From contig NC_134026.1 in the NCBI RefSeq assembly GCF_964204645.1, forward strand, positions 28,678,150 to 28,742,149: DNA of 64,000 nt, read 5' to 3'. Of this stretch, positions 42,511 through 56,346 are shown in pieces. How positions within the stretch are numbered: the first letter of the stretch is position 1; every line of letters begins with the position of its first letter. The position numbers and the translations under genes are program-made. The stretch comes from Tubulanus polymorphus. Its lineage: Eukaryota; Animalia; Nemertea. Under the pieces are notes generated by a model. It saw only the letters and a list, made by a program, of their open reading frames with translations, searched no databases and was not told where the DNA came from.

Positions 42511-43394
42511 CACACGTGTGTCGTTGGCAGAAGTAAGACATTTAGTGGTGTGTTCATCAAGCCGTTATCACTAGTGTATCATCTTGAAATTCTCTTAACT
42601 TGATCTTAATTTCTACTGCTTCGCTAAACTGTCTTTAACAAAATGCTGATGAACTGATAATCCTGTTGATAGGCAAAAACTGTAGAAATTCCTGGGCATT
42701 TCTAGTTGTTTCTTTCAACTTTCTTCGTAAACTACTGCTTATTTCGATGACGCACACTTTGTGTAAAGATGACTGTTTTTCAGTTTCCACTGATTGTGCC
42801 TCCGTAAATCGTAAAATGCACCGAGCTACTTTACAATCGTAGCTATTTCATCATCCTAATTTCATAATATTGGGAATAGTTTTGCTGATCGATGATATAT
42901 GATTTTCCCAAAACTTTCATGAGTGGATTTGTAATGATGTGTCAATAATATTGTACAATAAGATATAGAAAATATTACTTAAAAAGTTTCATTTTGTAAT
43001 TATGATTATTTTGGTTTTGGTCCATGTTAATACTATATTCAAGCATATATACATATTATATATAAACATATGATAATCAATAACCACAACGACTATCAGA
43101 AGAGACAAAACACAACTATTTTCTGGAATCTGTTTAAGTAGAAAATATGTAGTCCGTTCTCTTCTATTCTGTGCACGAATTATATCTTTCTTATTTCTAT
43201 TGTCAATTCTTCTTCTCTATTTAGGCAATTAAATAATGCTGAAAAATACACTTTTCTTGCATCTGTCTTTTCTGTTTTCTTTTCTCAATAACTTCACTTT
43301 CATTGTACTTTGAGTCTACGTATGTGAGATATAGAACTGGAGAGGATTTCGATGAGTGCTTTGTTTTTGCTTCGTGCCGATATCAAAAAAGACA

Positions 43395-43516
43395 GAGGAA
43401 TCGCATCCTCGCTTGCCAGGGGTCCGGTATCACTCCCGAACTCGCTTCCACCAGTTCGGCGAACAGCTTTAGCGTAGTGGGTTCGAATCCCTTGACGGGT
43501 GAAGATGGAGGAATCG
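43395..43516 (+). other. Structured 104-bp GC-rich element with tRNA-like boxes, flanked by 9-bp direct repeats
   Basis: GAGGAATCG at 43395-43403 and 43508-43516; 19-bp imperfect terminal stem; inner CCGAACT/AGTTCGG stem; TAGCGTAGTGG + GGTTCGAATCC. Confidence 0.6.
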
Positions 43517-44103
43517 TGGAAGTCTAAGAGTCCTCGTTGTGCGGATTGAAAATATATCAATTATGGAACTACATCGATATAAATCTTACTTCATAATTAC
43601 AAACACTCGAAAGATTATTTACAGTTTGGAACAAGAAAGTGTTGAATGACGCGTATCTTTACTCACATGCCACAGTGGATCAGCAAGTATCAGATCCCAA
43701 CTGCCAAGCGCCACCCCTAAAAACAACGAAAGCGGGAAAAATGGGAATTAACTCGATAATCCCTTACCAGAATCTTATCACTGTGTCCGGACTCGGATAA
43801 ATTATGCGAACCACTACTGAAACTGTCCAACTGGAGATTCTTTCTATCTATCTATTAACCAACATCGTGCTTGACTGAAACCAATGGGGAATCTCCGTGA
43901 TGTCTCAGTGTAGGAGAAATGCGGTCGCTGCTCCGATTTACTCAGAGACTCATAAACAGATTGAAATAGATTAAGAAACTTCCGTTAGAATGCAAGCTAT
44001 TTAAACTCATTCGGGATAAAAAATTGACCGAGTTTCAAATCCTGTTGGTTGAGACGGTTTTTGGTTATTTATTTTTGTAAATTGAACAATTTCCAAGATT
44101 CAC

Positions 44104-44213
44104 TGGGTGTTACTAAAATTATGCACTACTAAAACGAAAGACCGAAGACCTATGCACTCTGCGAGACTAAAACTATGCACTACTAAAACGAAGACCAGTT
44201 TTAGTAACACCCA
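44104..44213. mobile_element. Short MITE with internal direct repeats
   Basis: 15-bp perfect TIR TGGGTGTTACTAAAA / TTTTAGTAACACCCA; internal repeats TATGCACTACTAAAACGA..GACC. Confidence 0.8.
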
Positions 44214-44849
44214 TACGTTCTTGGGCATGGACTCAACCGTGATCGTCGACAGCATCAACATTACGGAAGCTGATAACATAACCTTGGTGACTTTTGGAGA
44301 TTTTCCATTATGAGTTTTCCGGTTTGCTCGGCTACCCGTACTGGCGGGGTAGTCTAGAGAGGCCAATGAAAACCCCGGTTCGCTGAACTACCCCTCTTTG
44401 CGGGGATGCGGTATGATGTTTGATCTGACAGTTTCAAGTGGTTAATGGCTGTTTCAAGTGCTTACAACGATGCTTATTACTTCGTGGTACATGGTGGTTT
44501 AAAAAAAAGATTTCATAATAATACGCTCACCGCGTGGGCTTCGTAGAAAGACCACTGCCTGTGGCCTTCCCAAATTTTAATTGTCCTGTCCGATTTGGTT
44601 TCGTCCAATTGAGAGACTGCCTTTTCCAGTTAGTGCATTTTTGGATCACATAACTCAGGAAGTGACTTACGTTTTTGGGCCCATTCGTCGGTTCCACATG
44701 TTTCATTTGAGCTATAGACCACAATGGTGACACCATGATGGTCAGAAACTGACCAATTGAGATATCCCCGAGTCTGACCACTTGACTTCGAATTTCGGAA
44801 ATTTTTCAAGTCATGTTTGTTTTCAAACTACTGAAAAATCATTGCAAAT

Positions 44850-45070
44850 TCATAAACTGACCATCACTGACCACCACTGACAAATTCAAACTCCTTGAAT
44901 TTGAAAACTATATACCGCGTTATGGTGTCAAACTAGAAAGGATTCGCCATAAATATTGAGAATTCATAAATTGACCATCACTGACCACCACTGACCAATT
45001 CATGCTTTTCGAATATGAGAACGATATACATGTACCACGTTACGGTGTCAAACTAGAAAGGATTCGCCAT
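44850..45070 (+). repeat. Two-copy tandem duplication (~110-120 bp)
   Basis: TTCATAAA(C/T)TGACCATCACTGACCACCACTGAC...GGTGTCAAACTAGAAAGGATTCGCCAT occurs twice. Confidence 0.9.
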
Positions 45071-45072
45071 CA

Positions 45073-46266
45073 GGACACCCCTGTACATCCTCTATATATT
45101 CAGCATCAGGACCACTCTGAATAAGCATCAGTAATTACTGGGTTCGAACCCGGGGCACCCCGGTACATCCTCCATTAAGCATCAGGGCCACTCGTTCAAA
45201 CCCAGTAATTGCTGATACTGATTCAGAGTGGTCCTGATGCTGAATAGAGAATGTACAGGGGTGTCCCAGGTTCAAACCCAGTAATTACTGATACTGATTC
45301 AGAGTGGTCCTGATGCTGAATGGAGGATGTACAGGGGTGTCCCAGGTTCGAACCCAGTAATTACTGATGCTGATTCAGAGTGGTCCTGATGCTGAATATA
45401 TAGAGGATGTACAGGGGTGTCCAGTTATCAGTAATTACTTTTGTTAAGGTATCAACATTTTACCGTACGGTGCTGTCTCTACGCTCATCGTTAGCGGGAT
45501 TTTTATACACTAACGTTAGTCAACTCTGGCAAGCTAAGGTCACGGAGTATAACTGGACAGCACGTCGATTGCCAGAGTTGACTTTAGTTAGTGTATGAAA
45601 ATCCCGCTAACGATGAGCATAGCGGCAGCACTGTACGGTCTGGACACCCCTGTACATCCTTTATTCAACATCTGGACAACTCTGAATCAGTATCAGTAAT
45701 TACTGGGTTTGAACCCAGGACGCCCTGTACATCCTCTATTCAGCATCAGTACCACTCTGAACCAGTATCAGTAATTACTGTGTTCGAACCTGGGACACCC
45801 CTGTTCATTCTTTATCCATCACGACCACTCTGAATCACAGTAATTGATGGGTTTGAACCCGGGACATCCCTGTACATCCTCTATTCAGCATCAGGACCAC
45901 TTTGAATCAGTATCAGTAATTACTGGGTTTGAACCTGGGACACCCCTGTACATCCTCCATTCAGCATCAGGACCACTCTGAATCAGTATCAGTAATTACT
46001 GAGTTTGAACCTGGGACACCCCTGTACATTCTCTATTCAGCATCAGGACCACTCTGAATCAGTATCAGCAATTACTGGGTTTGAACGCGGGACAGCCCTG
46101 TTCATCCTTTATCCATCAGGACCACTCTGAATCACAGCAATTAATAGGTTTGAACCCGGGATACCCCTGTACATCCTCTATTCAGCATCAGAACCACTCT
46201 GAATCAGTATCAGTAATTACTGGGTTTGAACCCGGGACACCCCTGTACATCCTCTATTCAGCATCA
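45073..46266. repeat. About 76-bp minisatellite in direct and inverted blocks (foldback-like)
   Basis: Unit GGACACCCCTGTACATCCTCTATTCAGCATCAGGACCACTCTGAATCAGTATCAGTAATTACTGGGTTYGAACCYG; ~1.6 forward units at 45073-45194, ~3 inverted units at 45195-45422 and ~8 forward units at 45642-46266. Confidence 0.95.
45463..45637. mobile_element. MITE-like hairpin element at the centre of the inverted satellite
   Basis: About 68-bp inverted arms (CCGTACGGTGCTGTC..GCTCATCGTTAGCGGGATTTT..GTCAACTCTGGCAA / TTGCCAGAGTTGAC..AAAATCCCGCTAACGATGAGC..GGCAGCACTGTACGG) around a ~38-bp loop. Confidence 0.75.
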
Positions 46267-46608
46267 AACAAAACATCGAAACAAAACATTGAGGGCGTGT
46301 AGAGGGCAGAATTTCCTGACCGACTCTTTGTCTGTTATCCTCGACACGGCGGCGAAGGAGAGCTGACGCTTTCGGACATTAGTTTTGTTCCAGCAAACGT
46401 TGAAATTCGACAGAGAAATCGGCCCTGAAAAACAAAACGGGTTAATTGCTGAAAAATAGAACGGATTAATTAACACGGAACAGTACAGGACAGCACAGAG
46501 ACAAACAGTAACATATAAAACATAAAGACGTCGTTCCTCAGGAAGCAGGAACAGGAGCAGGAGCGGGAGCGCAGCGAAAATCGCCAGGAGGAGAATCCAC
46601 GGTAGCAT
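46264..46608 (-). CDS. Possible orphan membrane-protein ORF or first exon (114 aa)
   Basis: aacATG start MLPWILLLAIFAALPLLLLFLLPEE followed by a second hydrophobic segment; locally GC-rich; CCAAT (46635-46639) and a CRE-like TGACGT (46670-46675) upstream; the stop falls at the satellite edge. Confidence 0.35.
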   Translation of the reverse strand: MLPWILLLAIFAALPLLLLFLLPEERRLYVLYVTVCLCAVLYCSVLINPFYFSAINPFCFSGPISLSNFNVCWNKTNVRKRQLSFAAVSRITDKESVRKFCPLHALNVLFRCFV

Positions 46609-46823
46609 GTTCACAGTGTGAGTAAGCTGAGGTGATTGGTCTATGCTTGTGTACACCGTGGTCAGCCGGTGACGTATTCAATAGCGCGTGTCAGAATGAT
46701 ATCAACAACTCTGAAAACCCGCAATTGTGTCTCTATTGTTGAATGGATTTACATTATGAGGTTCAACCGCCGGGTTGAATACGCGCCAGTAGTCAGCTGA
46801 ACAATATAGTGGAGGAACTTTAA

Positions 46824-47382
46824 TAAGGCCATGAAATAAATTACTTGATTCCCAACAGCTACTTCCGAATTTATAGGCATCCGCCTGTTTTTTTTTCCTT
46901 AAATTCTAGAATAATTTATAAATTATACCGACCGATAGCACTTCCAGTTCAGATTCACACCAACACAGGTCTTCCTATCATAGAAACCGCGTAAACATTT
47001 ACTAATGAAATTAGTTTATTAGTCACGGACAGTTCATGCACCCCGAGTAGTCTAGTACCTAGCCGTTGTTCCTGAACGTTGTTCCATTGTGGGTTTGAGA
47101 ATGGCCCAGAACGAGTGTTATCTTATTTTTCTGGCCGCCCAAATGTTTTTTTCATTTTTACGAGCGGGGGCCCATCCCCCGCTCGTACATTACTAAAACT
47201 AAAACAGCCACCCCTCTTTATAAAATCCTGTATCCGCCCCTGGGTAGTGGGTCGGTCGGTCAGCCATTTTTATCAAAAATTAAATTTATTTCAATGAATC
47301 CAAAAAAATGTTCTCACTCGGTACCTTTGAAGTCAGGTCGGTCGGGTTACGGCAAACAGACCATTATTTTGGGATGGCCTTA
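46824..47382. mobile_element. Degenerate non-autonomous DNA transposon with a nested fragment of another MITE
   Basis: TAAGGCCA...TGGCCTTA termini; internal ACCGACCGA / GGTCGGTCGG inverted motifs; nested end ...CCTGTATCCGCCCCTG at ~47227-47242. Confidence 0.55.
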
Positions 47383-47611
47383 CCACTCATAATTGGAAAA
47401 AACTGATTTTTTCTTTAATTTTGATACTGTATTAAACGGTACATCATCATGTAAATTTAGGAAAGTTCCTTGTCCTTCTATTACTGGTACTTTCTGTCTT
47501 TCATGTTTACAGATTTGAGACCAGGTTAAAATACAACTCTACAACATGTTCACATGTATATTTAAAAAGTTTTATTCTATACACAGTATTTACAAAATAA
47601 TACACCATTCA

Positions 47612-51683
<4,072 letters not shown>

Positions 51684-52195
51684 TTTATCGATAAATATAT
51701 GATGCTAGTAAAGTGCCATGCTGATAAGGGATTTCCCAATAATTGATGTTGCGTTAATTGTTATCGGGGATTCCGTCAGAAATCCGGTACTTTGATTAAC
51801 TTTTATCATCAATCAGGCACACGATATAACGTAAATAAAATTTTCTAATTTTTGAATCGGTTATAATGTTTCAACTAATTCGAGATGAGCAGAAAATTTT
51901 GTTTACACAATGTGGCCACTGGTGTGTGACAAGCCATGCAACATGGCGGGGAAGTCCAAAATTCATTATAAAGCCAACAATTAATAGAAATGTTAATTAC
52001 CATGTTTAACGACAAGTTGTTGAAGTAAAAGCTGTTGAATATAGGTTGGTTTGATATTTCAAGATGACTTCGAAAAGTTTGAAGCAATGAAAAGATTCTA
52101 GAATCATGTTTATTTCGAATGAAAGAGATAGACACAATAATTACCGAAAGAGGTCAGTTTTTAATCGTTTCTGATATTCTTTTTTCAGCCCTGAA
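51684..52195. promoter_or_regulatory. Compact bidirectional promoter/5'UTR region shared by KRI1 and CLCC1
   Basis: Only about 510 bp separate the divergent start codons; contains TATCGATA (51686-51693), GGGATTTCCC (51728-51737) and a YY1-like AACATGGCGG (~51940). Confidence 0.6.
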
Positions 52196-54855
52196 ATGAT
52201 GTTACCTTCGATAAGCTTTGTTTTAACCTGCTGGTTGATGATGGTTTTAGTTACCGCTGAAAGGATACCGACTTTAGACGATATAAAAAGAGTGAAAAAA
52301 GATGATTTTGTCGATCCAAATGATATGTTTAATTATGAACCGAATGGGCTGAAAAAAATCAATGATAAGGTTTGTATCAGTTTTCTGCACGATTCCAGAA
52401 TTAAACTTCTGTGATATTGATTGCTTATGAATTTTGTATTGTAAGGAATTTGTGAAGATTGATGAGACGAACTCAGAAGACATGAATAAGAAATATAGGA
52501 AAGATTCGGCAAAACTTCCATCGGAACAAATCAGCGCGACTGAAAAAGTTGAGAAAGTTTGTCCTGCTGTTGTATCTGACCGTCCATTTTATAAACAGCA
52601 TATCAGATCATTACTGACTCATTTTACAAAAAAGGTGATTATAATCATTTTGATAAGCGCTAGAAGAAGAGTTTTATGTGAAAGCAAGTAATTACAGTGA
52701 AACCTCGTTACAATGAACTTTACGGACCAGAAAATAAGTTCATAATAACCGATAGTTAGTTATGTCCAGTATTGAAATAATTAAATTGTCTTACTTGGGA
52801 CATAATTTTATATTTGTAATACCCGATGAATCACTGTATCTATCAGGAAAATGTTTTGGAAAAGTGCAAACTTTGCCCACGTTGATGAAATGTCTCTCTC
52901 ATTCTGCCTCGTAGCTTGATTCTGAAAATTCACAAGAGGAAATGTCTTACGAACTGATTGTTACACTTTCAAAAAGTGATTTCAACATTCTGCAAAGTTT
53001 TGTCAATAAGGAGTCGGTTAGCATCCAAGATGTGAATTCAGTATTGGGTCAGATGATTCGTCGATCAAAGCCACTCGAAGAAGTTTTCGTTAGTAGATGG
53101 ACTTTTGAAGATATTTTTTTCGGTATCCAATATAAATTAGCTAAGGAAGTAAGTACAGAAATAATCATCACCGCTTTCATAAGACTGAAAGGAAATCTGG
53201 AGCAAATGTTGTTATTTTCAGATAATGATGATAATGATTTTGGTAATTACAACTATCTGTATCGGAACAAGAGTTCAAGTGTCTTGGAGAAGGCTTTTTG
53301 GACACATTGTCATGGTGTGTTTCATAATTAGCATACCATGGAATTGGTTTCATCTCTATAAGGTAAACGCATCAAAAATTCTAAGAAGAGATAGTCTAAA
53401 CTGGTACCGCAACACACCATTTGTAATATCAGGGGCGAATTGAGGGTTGTTTTCAAATTTTCCTGTAATTCTTCAGGAAGTGCATTTAAAATTAGTTTTG
53501 AGTGAGGCATCGTGGATCCGAACCTGAATAAAGCTCATAGCAATTAACATCAAATAAATCTGAAATCCGCGTATGATTTTGATTTCCAGGTGGCTGTTGC
53601 GAAGAGACAGTCAGAAGTGATAAAGGGGATACCGGAGGAATGTCGTCCTAGTGATATGTCCTGGCAGAAATCTATTCTCGGATACTTCGATAGTTTTATC
53701 ACGGTGAAGAAAGGAACTTGTGCGGAATATCATGAGAAGCTTCAGGTCGACCCATTTTGGGAAGTTTCACCACCGCAGGTAATTAATAGTTATATACATC
53801 CATTTAGGAAATTAATGATACCTTGGACTGTTGCTCATTGTGATATAGGACTCCTCAAATGCTTTCAAGCCAAATTATCATTTAACTCGAATACAAATCT
53901 TAAAACCATTGCAACAGAGAATTAAATTCCATTGTCTTAATCAAATTGTGGCCTCACTCGAACAAAAATGGTCTCAAATGATTCAAATTAAGAGGAGTAT
54001 GCTTTGATACAATGAAATGTGATAATTCGAGTTGTTTATAATGAAGTTCCAGTGTAATAATGACTTACTTTACAAAAAAATTCTTATTCAAAAAACCTGT
54101 TACTTGATAAGTAGTTGACATTTTATTCTGATGTTTTTGTTTTTTTAAGGCAGTTGCTGTCAGTATAACGAAATTCATTCTGGAACCTGTGACGCATATC
54201 GGGGAATCGATCAGTAAATTTTTCCGCAGTATTCTGTTACACGTTCCTCCGGTTATGTATCCTGTAGTGATCGGATGTACATTAGTGTGTCTGTTCTTTC
54301 TGTTAATACTGACGTTCGGTTATCGTATACGCCTGCCGTTCTTTATGGGGGCGATTGAACCGACAAAACAAGAACAGACATCATCGAAAGAATTCGTGAA
54401 AGCAATTGAAAGCATGAAAACTGAGGTAATAACTTGTTCCGTCAAGGACTGAAATATTTAATTCTTTACTGCTTAAATTCATTATTTGGAATTTTTTCTT
54501 GCAGATTATTGAATCAGTGCAGCATAGCATGTCTTCACAGAATAAGCTGCCAGCACCAGCCCCAACTCAACCAGCAGCTATTGAAAGTAGGCCAGGTGTG
54601 GAGGATATTGGACCATTAGTTAAAGTTGTAGCCGAACTGAAACATTCACTAGATACTGTTAAAAAACAGCAGCAATTGTACTCAGTTGATAAAAGCAGTT
54701 TGAATGAACCAAACTATTGTGCTATCGACAAGCCGTCCTCCGGTCTCGTAGAAAATGCAGACGATGCTGATAATAAACGGGACACTATTTGTGATGAAGA
54801 TAGTAATGAGGAATGTATCGATGTAATTGGTGCTGGTGATTCTTTAACGAACTGA
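52196..54855 (+). CDS. CLCC1: Chloride channel CLIC-like protein 1 (MCLC family ER membrane protein), 7 coding exons
   Basis: Signal peptide followed by FVDPNDMFNYE (cf. WIDPTDMLNYD); CFIISIPWNWFHLYK; CAEYHEKLQVDPFWEVSPPQAVAV; ILEPVTHIGESISKF plus a TM segment. Exons approx. 52196-52369, 52447-52634, 52915-53148, 53222-53362, 53590-53778, 54150-54425, 54505-54855; AATAAA at ~54889. Confidence 0.9.
52693..52838. mobile_element. Tc1/mariner (pogo/Tigger)-like MITE in a CLCC1 intron
   Basis: TA|CAGTGAAACCTCGTTA...ATCACTG|TA termini with TA duplication. Confidence 0.6.
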
Positions 54856-55372
54856 TTGAAGTAGTCATTATGTATATGAAATTTCTGAAAATAAAGTGTA
54901 TATGATGTGTATGTTTTTTCATAGAATTGTAAACTGAACGGTTTACACTTCTATGGTTTTTTGTTCGATGAAAATATATATGAAGACATTAGATGAATAT
55001 AATTCGTTCGTTTATTTCACGGAATGAAAATATTTTGTATATGAAAACAATTGAATATGATGTACAAATCATTGCAACATATATCGAAATTAGTCTGAGG
55101 TCGGTGTATTTATTGGTATATTTGTTTATTGCGGTAGTTAGCATAGTGTACATGGACAGACAAACAGTGTGCGAAATAGTTCCGTATAAAAACGATTAAT
55201 TGACCCTTAGACTCTTGATAAACAGGAACAATACACGCTCTGTCTACGACATTTTTAATCAAGTCGGGCACCCTTTTTATTAATGTCAAGTTGATAAAAA
55301 TGCTTATTGACTAATGAGCTGATAATGTATGATATCACTCCGCCGCGTGACGGCTCGTCGACCATTTTGTAA

Positions 55373-55470
55373 TCGTTCCTAGGAACGAAAAAGATCGAAC
55401 TCAGTCCACTATTGAAACTACCACACAGCCTGAGGGTTGCAAGTTACAACCCTGGGCTCTTTTTGTTTTA
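55373..55470 (+). promoter_or_regulatory. Probable ODC core promoter and 5' leader with a hairpin
   Basis: 16-bp palindrome TCGTTCCTAGGAACGA at 55373-55388; TCAGTC Inr-like motif at 55401; stem-loop 55427-55458 followed by a T-rich tract. Confidence 0.45.
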
Positions 55471-55494
55471 AAGTTTCCCTTTTAACCCTTCAGC

Positions 55495-56046
55495 ATTCCG
55501 CCGAATAAGAACACACAGTTCTGCAGTTGGGATCAGGTGAGTAAACTAATTCTTAAATCATGATTCGGCGGTTCTCTCTAAGCTCGATCAATTAGATTTT
55601 ATTTACCATACGTTAAACTAAATTAGTTCTTATATTCTTTCATTTTGTTTCTTGGATCGAAAATATTGGCGTTCGAACTGCAGTGACTACAGCGGTGAAA
55701 GCTGCAGCAATATTAATAATTTACTGTTTTTCTAAACTTTTCTGACGGAATTGTAGTAAATTCGCCTCGGCAGAATTTTAAGCTAAGCAGAACCTGTCAA
55801 AAATTGACAAGTGGCCGCGGCAATCAAAAATTGCTTCCAAAGCGCTGGATTTACAAAATCCTGCTGTACATTTCAAGAATGAAATATCGGTCGGCTAGGC
55901 CTATATCTATTTCATCGCAAGTTGCTGAAATATTGTTTCTAATTTTGAAGGTTCCTGCGTCTCAATACAAATCAAGCCCAGAAGGTAGTTGCCTACACAA
56001 GCAAGCGCTTGATTTCAACGCAGAACCCCCGTGGGATCCCAGCTGA
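55495..56046 (+). CDS. AUU-initiated, spliced upstream conserved coding region (uCC uORF) of ODC, 45 aa
   Basis: ATT 55495-55536 joined in phase 0 (GTGAGT donor; ttttgAAG acceptor) to 55951-56046 gives IPPNKNTQFCSWDQ|VPASQYKSSPEGSCLHKQALDFNAEPPWDPS*. Both ends match the AZIN1/ODC uCC pattern (IPP... and DFNAEPPWxPS*). Confidence 0.93.
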
Positions 56047-56346
56047 TATTTACTGAAACAACAAACATTTCAACTGGCCATGTAAGTAACCTAGTCGTAT
56101 TGCTTTGCAATGGTATTAAAAGCATTGAAAATTCAAATTATAAGAGTGTGACAGATGTTGTACCTGTTTATTCACTACTGAAAATCAGTTTGTTCAAATC
56201 AGGCCGTGGAATCTACTAAACGTAGTTTGATATCGCTTGAATTCACCTACAGTGACATACGTTCCAATGGTTTTTTCAGACTGCTCCGGATTTCCTAATA
56301 TTGCTTATACAGTATTCAATTGTTGTACAAAATACATTCATCCATC

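Noticed and set aside
43404-43507. tRNA gene
   Set aside because: The A-like and B-like boxes abut with no anticodon arm between them, so no cloverleaf can be built.
45073-46266. CRISPR-like array
   Set aside because: Units are contiguous near-identical repeats with no unique spacers; the context is eukaryotic and there are no cas genes.
55427-55470. Intrinsic (rho-independent) terminator
   Set aside because: The hairpin + T-run shape sits in a eukaryotic Pol II leader, so it was kept only as a leader structure.
55804-55950. N-terminal half of the ORF-track 80-aa ORF
   Set aside because: It is intronic with a TTG start; only 55951-56046 belongs to the uCC.
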